A stretch of DNA of 32,000 nt. Origin: Mycobacterium tuberculosis H37Rv (lineage in GTDB: Bacteria > Actinomycetota > Actinomycetes > Mycobacteriales > Mycobacteriaceae). Of the stretch, positions 13,559-23,860 are shown one piece after another. Location: assembly GCF_000195955.2 (NCBI RefSeq), contig NC_000962.3, positions 1 through 32,000 on the forward strand, given 5' to 3'. Within the stretch, counting starts at the first letter, position 1; each line of letters begins with the position of its first letter. Under the pieces are notes generated by a model that was not told where the DNA came from, ran no database searches, and saw only the letters and a list, made by a program, of their open reading frames with translations. Made by a program: the position numbers and the translations under genes.

Positions 13559-13713
13559 GTATTCCTTAGACCCTCTCACCACTGCAGACAAAGTTATCCA
13601 CAGACGCTATCAACAGTGGGGATGAATCACATGCGTGTGATTGAGTGACCAAAAGGTTGCTGGCACAGTAACGACCCGACCAGAATATGAATTCATTCTA
13701 TCGGCGGCGTGGA

Positions 13714-13995
13714 TCAATGCCAGCGCATCGTGAGCAACAAACCGGTGATCATGAAAGCGAACGCGATCGCATAGTTCCAGGGACCGAGTTGCGCCATCCA
13801 ATTGAGCGCTGTGGGGGCTTGGCTGCCAATGGCTGCCAACTGAAACACCATTAACCAGATGAGTCCGATCAGCATCAGACCGATGAACAACGAGACGAAC
13901 CATACGCTCGACGGTCCGACCTTCACCTTCATCGGCGTGCGGCTCACCGCGCTGACGGTGAAGTCGTTCTTCTTGCGGACCTTGGACTTGGGCAT
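13714..13995 (-). CDS. crgA: Cell division protein CrgA
   Basis: 93 aa [14 protein letters not shown]...[27 protein letters not shown]...[30 protein letters not shown]; two TM helices, hallmark CrgA sequence. Confidence 0.96.
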
Positions 13996-14088
13996 CACTT
14001 TCCTCGGGATCTGGCGGGACTACCTCGACAAGACGACGAATGGCCCGGGGTGCAACGATAGAAGTTGCAGCTGCAGGCATACCTTGTT

Positions 14089-14877
14089 ATGAGACTAACC
14101 CACCCAACACCCTGCCCGGAAAACGGAGAGACCATGATTGATCGGCGCCGATCGGCGTGGCGTTTCAGTGTCCCCTTAGTGTGCTTGCTGGCGGGGCTGC
14201 TGCTGGCCGCCACGCATGGGGTGTCGGGCGGCACCGAGATCCGCCGCAGCGATGCGCCGCGACTGGTCGACCTTGTCCGTCGGGCGCAGGCATCGGTGAA
14301 CCGTCTCGCCACCGAACGCGAAGCGCTGACCACCAGAATCGACTCGGTGCACGGCCGATCTGTCGATACCGCGTTGGCGGCCATGCAGCGGCGGTCCGCC
14401 AAGCTGGCCGGTGTGGCGGCTATGAATCCGGTCCATGGGCCGGGCCTGGTGGTTACCCTGCAAGACGCGCAACGCGACGCCAACGGCCGGTTTCCGCGCG
14501 ACGCGTCCCCGGACGATCTGGTTGTGCATCAGCAAGACATCGAGGCTGTCCTCAACGCGTTGTGGAATGCCGGTGCTGAGGCGATCCAGATGCAGGACCA
14601 GCGCATCATCGCGATGTCGATAGCTCGTTGTGTCGGAAACACGTTGCTGCTCAACGGGCGTACCTATAGCCCGCCCTACACGATCGCCGCGATCGGAGAC
14701 GCCGCCGCCATGCAGGCTGCTCTGGCTGCGGCTCCCCTGGTGACGCTCTACAAGCAGTACGTGGTCCGGTTCGGCCTCGGGTACTGCGAAGAAGTCCATC
14801 CTGACTTGCAGATAGTCGGCTATGCCGATCCCGTCCGGATGCACTTCGCGCAGCCTGCAGGCCCCTTGGACTACTGA
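14089..14877 (+). CDS. DUF881-family membrane/extracytoplasmic protein
   Basis: N-terminal TM (FSVPLVCLLAGLLLAATHG) followed by MNPVHGPGLVVTLQDA, VHQQDIEAVLNALWNAGAEAIQMQDQRI and NTLLLNGRTYSPPYTIAAIG. Open frame extends to 14065, so the exact start is uncertain. Confidence 0.88.
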   Translation: MRLTHPTPCPENGETMIDRRRSAWRFSVPLVCLLAGLLLAATHGVSGGTEIRRSDAPRLVDLVRRAQASVNRLATEREALTTRIDSVHGRSVDTALAAMQRRSAKLAGVAAMNPVHGPGLVVTLQDAQRDANGRFPRDASPDDLVVHQQDIEAVLNALWNAGAEAIQMQDQRIIAMSIARCVGNTLLLNGRTYSPPYTIAAIGDAAAMQAALAAAPLVTLYKQYVVRFGLGYCEEVHPDLQIVGYADPVRMHFAQPAGPLDY

Positions 14878-14913
14878 ACGACTGCCGGCAGGGTCAGGCG
14901 GTAGCCTGTCACG

Positions 14914-15612
14914 ATGCGGATCCTGGTCGTTGACAACTACGACAGCTTCGTGTTCAACCTGGTGCAGTACCTCGGCCAGCTCGGCATCGAGGCCGAGGTG
15001 TGGCGCAACGACGACCACCGGCTATCCGATGAGGCCGCCGTCGCCGGCCAATTCGACGGTGTCCTGCTCAGTCCCGGTCCGGGTACCCCGGAGCGCGCGG
15101 GCGCGTCGGTGAGTATCGTGCACGCGTGTGCGGCAGCACACACCCCTTTGCTGGGGGTCTGCCTTGGGCACCAAGCCATCGGCGTTGCGTTCGGCGCCAC
15201 CGTGGACCGTGCGCCCGAGCTATTGCACGGCAAGACCAGCAGCGTATTCCACACCAATGTCGGTGTGCTACAAGGGCTTCCGGATCCCTTCACGGCCACT
15301 CGATACCATTCGTTGACAATTCTGCCTAAGTCGCTGCCAGCGGTGCTGAGGGTCACGGCCCGCACTAGCAGCGGTGTGATCATGGCCGTGCAGCACACCG
15401 GGCTGCCGATCCACGGTGTCCAGTTCCATCCGGAGTCGATTCTCACCGAGGGCGGGCACCGCATACTGGCCAACTGGCTCACCTGCTGCGGATGGACGCA
15501 AGACGACACCCTGGTACGTCGGCTGGAAAACGAAGTGCTCACCGCCATCTCACCGCACTTCCCAACTTCAACCGCTAGCGCGGGCGAAGCTACTGGCCGA
15601 ACCTCAGCGTGA
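14914..15612 (+). CDS. trpG: Anthranilate / aminodeoxychorismate synthase glutamine amidotransferase component
   Basis: 232 aa; MRILVVDNYDSFVFNLVQYLGQLG, LSPGPGTPERAG, nucleophile region LLGVCLGHQAIGVAFG, and GVQFHPESILTEGG. Confidence 0.96.
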   Translation: MRILVVDNYDSFVFNLVQYLGQLGIEAEVWRNDDHRLSDEAAVAGQFDGVLLSPGPGTPERAGASVSIVHACAAAHTPLLGVCLGHQAIGVAFGATVDRAPELLHGKTSSVFHTNVGVLQGLPDPFTATRYHSLTILPKSLPAVLRVTARTSSGVIMAVQHTGLPIHGVQFHPESILTEGGHRILANWLTCCGWTQDDTLVRRLENEVLTAISPHFPTSTASAGEATGRTSA

Positions 15613-17470
15613 TGATGCCGTCCCGGTTGACGCCGGTCCCCGCCGGCGGGTTTTGATAGACGACCCGGTTGTGTTGGGAGCCACCGGCGTCGACGTCGGC
15701 CCCTTTGTCGAGCATCCCGGTCCAGCCCAGCGCGCGCAATCGTGGTTCGGCGTCGACCCAGAACATGCCGGATAGGTCGGGCATGACGAATTGGTTGCCC
15801 TTGGACACCTGTAGTTCGATGACTGAATCGACCGGAACTGTGGTGCCTGCGGGTGGATTGGTGCCGGTCACCTCGCCGGCGGGACGGGGGCTGTCCACCG
15901 AGGCCTGACTGAATTTGGTGAAGCCGTAGACGTTGAGGTTCTTCTGCGCCACGTCGACGGTCTGGCCCGCGACATCGGGAATGTCTTTGGTCGCCGGACC
16001 AGAGCCAACGATGATGATGACCACATTGGTGATGGCCGACGTCTGGTTGGCTGGCGGGTTGGTCCCGATGACCTTGCCCACCAGTTCCGGGGTGGACGGC
16101 GAATTCGCTTGCTTGAAGCGGCCGAATCCGGCGGCAGTCAGTTTCTTGACCGCTTCGGCGTATGTCAGCGTGGAGACGTCGGGTATTTCGCGTTGCTCGG
16201 GTCCGGTGGACACGTTGACTGTGATCTCGTCGCCTGCACTCACCGACGTGTTGGCGGCCGGGTCGGTGCCGATAACGTGGTCCGGTGGGATTGTCGAGTC
16301 CGGCTTCTGCAAGGTGCGGATTTTGAAGCCCCGGTTTTGCAGTGTGGCGATGGCGTCGGCGGAGGATTGACCCCGAACGTCGGGAACTTGAACGTCGCGG
16401 GTGATGCCGCCGAACGTGTTGATGGCGATGGTTACCACGACGGTCAGCACAGCGAGCACGGCGACCACCGCAACCCAACGGCCCACCGAACCGATGCTGC
16501 GGTCACGGTCGGTGTCGTCTAAGTCCTGGCGTGGTAGCGGATCGGTGCGCGGACCGCTAAGGTTGCCGGCCGCAGACGACAGCAGCGAGGTCCGCTCGGC
16601 ATCGGTGAGCACTTTGGGCGCCTCGGGCGGCTCACCGTTGTGCACGCGGACCAGGTCGGCGCGCATCTCCGCCGCTGTCTGATAGCGGTTTTCCGGATTT
16701 TTGGCCAGCGCCTTGAGAACGACGGCGTCCAGGTCGGCGGAGAGGCCTTCGTGCCGCGCCGAAGGTGGGATCGGGTCTTCGCGCACATGTTGGTAGGCAA
16801 CCGAGACGGGTGAGTCGCCGGTGAAAGGTGGCTCCCCGGTGAGGACTTCATAAAGAACACAGCCCAAGGAATAGACATCGGATCGGGCGTCGACGGAATC
16901 ACCCCGGGCCTGTTCGGGTGACAGGTACTGCGCCGTGCCGATCACTGCTGCGGTCTGGGTCACGCTGTTGCCGCTGTCGGCAATGGCGCGGGCGATGCCG
17001 AAATCCATCACCTTTACTGCATTGGTCGCGCTGATCATGATGTTCGCCGGCTTGACGTCACGGTGGATGATTCCGTTCTGATGACTGAAGTTCAGCGCTT
17101 GGCAGGCGTCGGCGATGACCTCGATGGCGCGTTTGGGCGTCATCGGCCCTTCGGTGTGGACAATGTCGCGCAGGGTAACGCCGTCGACGTATTCCATGAC
17201 GATGTAGGGCAATGGCCCGGCGGGCGTTTCGGCTTCACCGGTGTCGTAGACCGCGACGATTGCAGGGTGGTTCAATGCCGCGGCGTTTTGCGCCTCACGC
17301 CGGAAGCGAAGGTAAAAACTGGGATCGCGGGCTAGATCAGCGCGCAGCACCTTGACCGCAACGTCGCGGTGCAACCGGAGGTCGCGGGCCAGGTGGACCT
17401 CGGACATGCCCCCAAATCCAAGGATTTCGCCAAGTTCGTAGCGGTCGGACAGGTGGGAAGGGGTGGTCAT
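15590..17470 (-). CDS. pknB: Transmembrane Ser/Thr protein kinase with four extracellular PASTA domains
   Basis: From [30 protein letters not shown]; [19 protein letters not shown]-equivalent SPEQ; [21 protein letters not shown]; PASTA repeats (VPDVRGQS..., IPDVSTLTY..., IPDVAGQTV..., MPDLSGMFW...). Longer ORF to 17572 judged over-extended. Confidence 0.99.
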   Translation of the reverse strand: MTTPSHLSDRYELGEILGFGGMSEVHLARDLRLHRDVAVKVLRADLARDPSFYLRFRREAQNAAALNHPAIVAVYDTGEAETPAGPLPYIVMEYVDGVTLRDIVHTEGPMTPKRAIEVIADACQALNFSHQNGIIHRDVKPANIMISATNAVKVMDFGIARAIADSGNSVTQTAAVIGTAQYLSPEQARGDSVDARSDVYSLGCVLYEVLTGEPPFTGDSPVSVAYQHVREDPIPPSARHEGLSADLDAVVLKALAKNPENRYQTAAEMRADLVRVHNGEPPEAPKVLTDAERTSLLSSAAGNLSGPRTDPLPRQDLDDTDRDRSIGSVGRWVAVVAVLAVLTVVVTIAINTFGGITRDVQVPDVRGQSSADAIATLQNRGFKIRTLQKPDSTIPPDHVIGTDPAANTSVSAGDEITVNVSTGPEQREIPDVSTLTYAEAVKKLTAAGFGRFKQANSPSTPELVGKVIGTNPPANQTSAITNVVIIIVGSGPATKDIPDVAGQTVDVAQKNLNVYGFTKFSQASVDSPRPAGEVTGTNPPAGTTVPVDSVIELQVSKGNQFVMPDLSGMFWVDAEPRLRALGWTGMLDKGADVDAGGSQHNRVVYQNPPAGTGVNRDGIITLRFGQ

Positions 17471-18762
17471 TGCGCTATCTCGTATCGGGCCAGCGACGCG
17501 CGCGAATGCGGTGTCGGCGGGACAACCCAGCTTTGCAGTCCAGAATGACGTGTTTCCCCGCGTTCCGTCCAATTGAGTCGCGGGCTAGCATCAGTCCCGC
17601 CAGTGTTGCTGGCCGGAGGGTTCCCGGTGGTGGTCACGGTCGGCGTCGGTGCCTGCTGCGGGCTGTTGTCCCCGGGCGCTTTGATGACGAGCAGCACGGC
17701 GATGATGATTGCCAGCGCCCCCAGCACCCCCGCGGCCCAGAGCAGCGCACGCTGACCGGACGAAAACGTGCGCCGCGGCGGCCGGTGACCACCCGTGGCC
17801 GGGCGGGATCGACGGGATGCCGCAGTCCGGCCAGCAGAGTTGGCCGCGACCCTGGCTGTCGTACCCGACGGAATGGCCGCCGGGGCGGCCCGGCCAGGGG
17901 GGGGTGTCTGGCTGGGCCGCGGGGGCCGGCGGCCGGCGCGCACCGCTGCCACCGCGTCGGCGAACGGTCCCCCACTGCGATAGCGCATCGCGGGGTTCTT
18001 CACCAGAGTTATCTCGATGAGTTCTCGCACATTGGGCGGCAGGTCGGGAGGCAGCGGCGGCGGCGGCTCCTTGATGTGCTTCATTGCCACGGTCAGGGCA
18101 CCATCGCCGGCGAACGGCCGTTTACCCGAAACCGCTTCATACCCAACAACTCCCAGTGAATAGACGTCGCTGGCCGGGCTGGCGTCGTGACCGAGGGCCT
18201 GCTCCGGCGCGATGTATTGGGCGGTGCCCATCACCATGCCGGTCTGGGTCACGGGCGCTGCATCGACGGCTTTGGCGATGCCGAAGTCGGTGATCTTCAC
18301 CTGCCCGGTGGGGGTGATCAAGATGTTGCCCGGTTTGACGTCGCGGTGCACCAGGCCAGCGGCATGCGCGATCTGCAGAGCGCGGCCGGTCTGCTCGAGC
18401 ATGTCCAGTGCGTGCCGCAACGACAGCCGGCCGGTGCGTTTGAGCACCGAATTTAGTGGCTCGCCGTTGACCAGCTCCATCACCAGGTAGGCCGTGCGAC
18501 CCTCCCCGTTCATCTGGCTTTCGCCGTAGTCGTGCACGCTGGCGATGCCCGGATGGTTCAGCATCGCGGTGGTGCGCGCTTCGGCCCGGAACCGTTCGAT
18601 GAACTCCGGATCGGAGGAGAACTCGCTCTTGAGCACCTTCACCGCAACACGCCGGCCCAACCGGTTATCCACGGCCTCCCAGACTTGGCCCATACCACCG
18701 GTGGCGATGAGGCGCTGCAGGCGGTATCTGCCCGACAGCGTCACGCCAACTCGGGGGCTCAT
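17467..18762 (-). CDS. pknA: Transmembrane Ser/Thr protein kinase A
   Basis: 431 aa; [41 protein letters not shown], single [24 protein letters not shown]; 4-nt overlap with pbpA and pknB. Confidence 0.99.
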
Positions 18763-20234
18763 GGTTCCCCCTGCAGTGCGGCTTCGATCACCGCCCGCCC
18801 GATCGGTGCCGCGAGGGCACCTCCGGTGGCGGACAGCCGATCAGCCCCGTTCTCCACCAGCACGGCAACAGCCACCTTGGGCGCTTGTGCGGGCGCAAAG
18901 GCGATGTACCAAGCGTGCGGTGGAGTGTGACGAGGGTCGGTGCCATGTTCGGCGGTGCCCGTCTTGGATGCGATCTGCACGCCGGGGATTGCCCCTTTCT
19001 GCTGTGCGACTTTCTCGGCGCCGACCATCAGCTCTGTTAGCTTAGCGGCGACCTGCGGTGACACCGCGCGGCGCTGCTGGTATCCGACGGTGGTTGAGAT
19101 ATTGGCTAGGTCCGGTCCCTTGAGGCTGCCGACTAGATAAGGCCTCATCGTAATGCCGCCGTTTGCGATGGTCGCGGCTATTTCTGCGTTCGCTAGCGGG
19201 GTCAGCGCAACGTCCTTTTGGCCGATACTGGTCATCCCTAGTGCGGCGCTGTCCGGGATAGGCCCGACGGTTGATTCCGCCACTTGCAGCGGAGTTGGGC
19301 GCGGTGGGCTATCGAGACCGAACGCGCGCGCCATGCTGCGCAGGGCGTCGGCGCCGGTGCGGATGCCCAGCTGGACGAATGCGGTGTTGCATGATTTGAC
19401 GAATGCCTCACGCAGCGACACGGTGGGTTCGTCCCCGCACGGCGCACCGCCGTAGTTCTCTAGCTGGGCGGTGCTGCCTGGCAACGGAATTGTGGGCGCC
19501 GCAGTCAGCTGTTCGGTCTCGGTGGCCCCGGCGGCCAGCGCGGCCGCAGTGGTGATCACTTTGAAAGTCGAACCCGGTGGATACGTCTCAGAGATGGCAC
19601 GGTTGGTCAGTGGAGAGGCGGGATTGTCGCCAAGCCGCTGCCAGGCTTGCGCCTGCACCTCGGGGTTATGCGACGCCAGCAGGTTGGGGTCGTAGGACGG
19701 AGAAGACACCAACGCCAAAATCTTGCCGGTTGATGGCTCAAGGGCGACCACCGCTCCCTTACAGGGCCCGTAGCAGCCTTGCTGCATCGCGTCCCAGCCG
19801 GCTTGCTGAATGCGCGGGTTGATCGTGGTATCGACATTACCGCCGCGTGGGTCGCGACCGGTGAAGAAGTCGGCCAGCCGGCGGCCGAACAGACGGCGGT
19901 CGGACCCGTTCAATATCGGGTCCTCGGCTCGTTCTAGGGCGGTGCTGGAATAGCGCAGGGAGTAGAAGCCGGTAACCGGCGCGTACACCTCAGGATTGGG
20001 ATAGACCCGCAGGAAACGAAAGCGGCCGTCGGTGGCTACCGAGTACGCCAGCAGTTGGCCACCAGCGGTGATCTGGCCGCGCTGCCGTGAATACTCGTCG
20101 AGCAACACTCGCTGGTTGCGGGGATCGGCACGCAGCCCGTCGGCGGTGAAGACCTGCGTCATGGTCGCGTTGAGCAGTAGCAACACGATCAACGCCATCA
20201 CGGTCACCGATATTCGGCGCAGAGAGGCGTTCAT
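18759..20234 (-). CDS. pbpA: Class B penicillin-binding protein PbpA
   Basis: 491 aa; [20 protein letters not shown] (SxxK), KTGTAEHG (KTG), N-terminal TM; in the kinase/rodA cluster. Confidence 0.98.
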   Translation of the reverse strand: MNASLRRISVTVMALIVLLLLNATMTQVFTADGLRADPRNQRVLLDEYSRQRGQITAGGQLLAYSVATDGRFRFLRVYPNPEVYAPVTGFYSLRYSSTALERAEDPILNGSDRRLFGRRLADFFTGRDPRGGNVDTTINPRIQQAGWDAMQQGCYGPCKGAVVALEPSTGKILALVSSPSYDPNLLASHNPEVQAQAWQRLGDNPASPLTNRAISETYPPGSTFKVITTAAALAAGATETEQLTAAPTIPLPGSTAQLENYGGAPCGDEPTVSLREAFVKSCNTAFVQLGIRTGADALRSMARAFGLDSPPRPTPLQVAESTVGPIPDSAALGMTSIGQKDVALTPLANAEIAATIANGGITMRPYLVGSLKGPDLANISTTVGYQQRRAVSPQVAAKLTELMVGAEKVAQQKGAIPGVQIASKTGTAEHGTDPRHTPPHAWYIAFAPAQAPKVAVAVLVENGADRLSATGGALAAPIGRAVIEAALQGEP

Positions 20235-21640
20235 ACGCGTTCGATGACCTCGGTGCCGGCCGCCGTAATCGGCGACTTATTTCGTGGGCGGGTGCGCAGT
20301 GGGCGGCGGGCTCCGTGCGAGATGCGTGCCAGGATGGCCAGCAATATGTAGTTGGCCAGCAGTGAAGACCCGCCGTAGGACATCCACGGTGTGGTCAACC
20401 CGGTCAGCGGAATGAGTCGGGTCACACCGCCGACGACGATGAACAGCTGAATGGCTAGCGTCGATGAGAGGCCGGCGGCCAGCAGCTTGCCGAAGCTATC
20501 GCGGGTGGCGATGGCCGTGCGCAAACCCCGGATGATCACGATGGTGTAGAGCATCAGGATGGCCGTCAAGCCCACCAACCCAAGCTCTTCGCCGAACGCG
20601 GCGATGATGAAATCGGTGGATGCCGCGGGCACGGTGTCGGGTTGACCATTACCGAGCCCGGTGCCGAAGATACCGCCTGTAGCGAAGCTGAAAAGCGACT
20701 GCACGATCTGATATCCGGTGCCGTCTGGATCTGCGAACGGATCCAGCCAGGTCTGTACGCGGAGCCGGACGTGCTCAAAAATGAAGTACGCCACCAAGGT
20801 TCCTGCCGCGAACAGAGTCAGGCCGATGACGACCCAACTGAACCGCTGGGTGGCGAGGTAAACCACCACCAGAAACGATGTGTACAGCAGCAGCGAAGCG
20901 CCGAGGTCTTTCTCGAAGACCATCACACCCACCGAGATGACCCAGGCTGCCAACAGTGGCGCGAGGTCTCGCGGGCGCGGCAGGGTCATTCCGAGCAAAT
21001 GTTTGCCGGCGCTGGTGAACAGGCCGCGTTTGGCCACCAGTACCGCCGAAAAGAAGATCAGCAGCAGAATCTTTGAAAATTCGGCGGGTTGAATCGAGAA
21101 GCCGGGCAACCGGATCCAGATCTTGGCGCCGTTCTGTTCGGACAGTGCTGCCGGGAGCAGCGCGGGAACTGCCAAGAAAACCAGACCCGCGAGCCCGCAA
21201 ATGTAGCCGTAGCGTGCGAGCTGTCGGTGGTCCTTGAGGAAGGTCACCACGAGCGCGAAGGCAGCTACGCCCACCAGCGTCCACAGCATCTGCTGGTTTG
21301 CGCTGGGGTGCCGATGCTCGCCGATCTCGTTGTCCACCAGATCGAGGCGGTGGATCATTACCAGGCCAAGTCCGTTGAGCAGTGCCACCACCGGGAGCAA
21401 CAGCGGGTCAGTGTAGGGGGCGAAGCGCCGGATGGCCAGATGCGCGGATCCGAACAGGGTCAGGAAGGCCAGTCCGTAGCTAGTCAAGTCCCAGGGCACC
21501 CCCTGGTCTTGATTGGCCTGCACGACCAGCAGTGCGGCAAACGTGATTACGGCGGCAAAGCACAGCAGCAGCAGTTCAGCGTTGCGCCGAGTCGGCAACG
21601 GGGGCGTTACGGCCACCGGCGCTTGCAGTCGTGTCGTCAT
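20231..21640 (-). CDS. rodA: SEDS-family peptidoglycan polymerase RodA
   Basis: 469 aa from MTTRLQAPVAVTPPLPTRRNAELLLLCFAAV; multiple TM helices, FIIAAFGEELGLVG and LIPLTGLTTPWMSYGGSSLLANYILLAILARI typical of FtsW/RodA. Extended ORF to 21913 judged spurious upstream. Confidence 0.97.
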   Translation of the reverse strand: MTTRLQAPVAVTPPLPTRRNAELLLLCFAAVITFAALLVVQANQDQGVPWDLTSYGLAFLTLFGSAHLAIRRFAPYTDPLLLPVVALLNGLGLVMIHRLDLVDNEIGEHRHPSANQQMLWTLVGVAAFALVVTFLKDHRQLARYGYICGLAGLVFLAVPALLPAALSEQNGAKIWIRLPGFSIQPAEFSKILLLIFFSAVLVAKRGLFTSAGKHLLGMTLPRPRDLAPLLAAWVISVGVMVFEKDLGASLLLYTSFLVVVYLATQRFSWVVIGLTLFAAGTLVAYFIFEHVRLRVQTWLDPFADPDGTGYQIVQSLFSFATGGIFGTGLGNGQPDTVPAASTDFIIAAFGEELGLVGLTAILMLYTIVIIRGLRTAIATRDSFGKLLAAGLSSTLAIQLFIVVGGVTRLIPLTGLTTPWMSYGGSSLLANYILLAILARISHGARRPLRTRPRNKSPITAAGTEVIERV

Positions 21641-23181
21641 GCCGCCGCCCGGCAGTCGATGCCCGGCTGAGGCGGGGGTGGCGGAAGTGCGGCCATCGTC
21701 GGCGAGCTGGTGACGGGCCAAGGCGTCGGCGGCGACGCGGGCGCTGCCGGGGAGGCACTCGTGGGGATGGCAGGAGTAGTTCCGGTGGGGGCCGGCGCGG
21801 AGGTGGTGGGTGATGGAGAGGCTGGCGAGGAGGTGACGTTTGGTTCGGTTGTCTCGCTGGTGGTGGGTGGGGCCGGGCGCCCGGGCGGGGACGTGGCACG
21901 CGGCGCCGGGCAAGGCGGCAGCAGGGAGTTGGCCGCCAGTTCGCGCAACTGCCCGATGGCGTCATCGAGAGTGCCGGCCGGGAGACCGGCCCGAACCTGT
22001 GCGCGCTCCGGCGGTCGCAGATCCTCCAGTTTCATCAGATGGCAGTCGAGAGGGCCCCCAGACTGTCCGTAGCTGATCTGCGACAGCTCGTTACGCGGGC
22101 TGAGGCAGCCCATCAGGTAAGGCTGGTGCAGGGACATGCCCAGTAGCGACCCTTGAATCCCCCGCATGATGGACACGCTGCCGGCGTAGTCCGCTACGTA
22201 GTAGTTGCTGCGGATGATCGCGCGACCAATGAGCAGGCCCGCAGTCATCAGCACGGTCACCAGTGCGACAACGAATGCTAGCCGTCGGCCCGACCACCGT
22301 GGCCGACTGAATGTATCGGCCTGTGGCGGAACGCGTTTAACGATCTCCTTGCGCTGGCTGATGGCAGAGGCCCGGCCGGCGGCGGTGTTGGGCAGGGTCA
22401 GTTGGTCGTCGTCGCCTGAGACCGCCCCGGCCAGAATCGGTTGGGTCTGGCCGTAGTCGTAGTCGACGACGTCGGCGACGACGACAGTGACGTTGTCGGG
22501 GCCGCCGCCGCGCAGCGCCAGTTCAATGAGGCGGTGAGCGCTCTCGGCAACCTCGGGGATCTGCAGGGCCTCGAGGATAGTTTCATCGCTAACCGGATCG
22601 GACAACCCGTCCGAGCACAGCAGGTAACGATCACCGGCGCGGGCTTCTCGCATGGTCAGCGTCGGTTCGACCTCATGGCCGGTCAACGCCCGCATGATCA
22701 ACGAGCGTTGCGGGTGGCTGTGCGCCTCCTCCGGGGTGATCCGGCCTTCGTCGACCAGCGTTTGGACAAACGTGTCGTCCTTGGTGATCTGCGTCAGCTC
22801 ACCGTCGCGCAGCAGGTAACCGCGCGAGTCACCGATATGCACCAGGCCGAGCCGGTTGCCCGCGAACAGGATTGCGGTGAGCGTGGTACCCATGCCTTCG
22901 AGATCGGGCTCCATCTCGACTTGCGCTGCGATAGCCGAGTTGCCGGCGCGCACCGCGGCATCCAGCTTGGCCAGCAGATCGCCACCGGGCTCGTCGTCAT
23001 CGAGATGGGCCAATGCGGCAATCACCAACTGGGACGCCACCTCGCCGGCCGCATGCCCACCCATGCCGTCGGCCAGGGCCAATAGCCGTGCCCCAGCGTA
23101 GACCGAGTCTTCGTTGTTGGCGCGTACCAAGCCGCGATCGCTGCGCGCCGCGTATCGCAGGACCAGGGTCACGCGCGCCAC
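21637..23181 (-). CDS. pstP: PP2C-family Ser/Thr phosphatase
   Basis: 514 aa from GTG; VLRYAARSDRGLVRANNEDSVYAG, LLALADGMGGHAAGEVAS, LVHIGDSRGYLLRDGEL, LLCSDGLSDPVSD, GGPDNVTVVVADV; C-terminal TM and Pro-rich tail. Confidence 0.98.
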   Translation of the reverse strand: MARVTLVLRYAARSDRGLVRANNEDSVYAGARLLALADGMGGHAAGEVASQLVIAALAHLDDDEPGGDLLAKLDAAVRAGNSAIAAQVEMEPDLEGMGTTLTAILFAGNRLGLVHIGDSRGYLLRDGELTQITKDDTFVQTLVDEGRITPEEAHSHPQRSLIMRALTGHEVEPTLTMREARAGDRYLLCSDGLSDPVSDETILEALQIPEVAESAHRLIELALRGGGPDNVTVVVADVVDYDYGQTQPILAGAVSGDDDQLTLPNTAAGRASAISQRKEIVKRVPPQADTFSRPRWSGRRLAFVVALVTVLMTAGLLIGRAIIRSNYYVADYAGSVSIMRGIQGSLLGMSLHQPYLMGCLSPRNELSQISYGQSGGPLDCHLMKLEDLRPPERAQVRAGLPAGTLDDAIGQLRELAANSLLPPCPAPRATSPPGRPAPPTTSETTEPNVTSSPASPSPTTSAPAPTGTTPAIPTSASPAAPASPPTPWPVTSSPTMAALPPPPPQPGIDCRAAA

Positions 23182-23269
23182 TCTCCCCCGCAAGCGGGTG
23201 GGGGTACCCCCCACTTGTGGGGGCGCGCCCCCACCGCTTCTCTGCGCTCTGCATCGTCGCCAGCGCGGG

Positions 23270-23737
23270 TCACGGGCGCAACTCGATTGCAGTTTTGCCG
23301 ATGCGAACCGGCGTTCCGATCGGAACTCGTACCGCAGTCGTCACCTTCGCCCTGTCCAGGTAAGTGCCGTTGGTCGATCCTAGATCTTCGACGTACCACT
23401 CGGAGCCGCGCATAGACAGCCGAGCGTGCCGCGTCGAGGCGTAGTCGTCGGTCAGCACCAGGGTCGAGTCGTCGGCGCGCCCGATCAACACCGGCTGTTC
23501 GCTCAGCGTGATACGCGCGCCAGTCAACGCACCTTCGGTCACCACCAGGTAGCGTGCAGCGTGCCGGCGCTGACGCGCGCCTAAGAGCGTCCCTCGCAGC
23601 GCCAGGCCGCGGCGCATCATGACCGCGCCGGTCGGCGCATAAATGTCGGTCTTCAAGATCCGTAGCACGGACCAGATGAATACCCACAACAACATCAAGA
23701 ATCCGGCACGCGTCAGTTGCAGTACCAACCCCTGCAT
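23270..23737 (-). CDS. fhaB: FHA-domain membrane protein FhaB (FipA)
   Basis: 155 aa; N-terminal TM, FHA motif ITLSEQPVLIGRADDSTLVLTDDYASTRHARLSMRGSEWYVEDLGSTNGTYLD. Confidence 0.97.
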   Translation of the reverse strand: MQGLVLQLTRAGFLMLLWVFIWSVLRILKTDIYAPTGAVMMRRGLALRGTLLGARQRRHAARYLVVTEGALTGARITLSEQPVLIGRADDSTLVLTDDYASTRHARLSMRGSEWYVEDLGSTNGTYLDRAKVTTAVRVPIGTPVRIGKTAIELRP

Positions 23738-23860
23738 CTGGCGTCCTTTCCGTCCTGCACCGTCTGCTCCGGCCCCGCGCTGCCGAGCACGTCAGCAAAG
23801 TCACGATACTTTGACGGTGGTCGGCGCGGGTCAACCCCGGCAGCTTCGAGCCCAGTAGGT

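Noticed and set aside
14176-15018. 280-aa minus-strand ORF opposite the DUF881 and trpG genes
   Set aside because: No recognisable motif and fully antisense to two well-supported genes; typical of high-GC DNA.
14937-16478. 513-aa minus-strand ORF overlapping trpG and pknB
   Set aside because: It is a shifted frame of pknB PASTA-coding DNA and antisense trpG; low-complexity GC-driven translation without domain signatures.
20775-21284. 169-aa minus-strand ORF inside rodA
   Set aside because: Out-of-frame within rodA, Arg-rich, no domain; rodA frame has diagnostic SEDS motifs.
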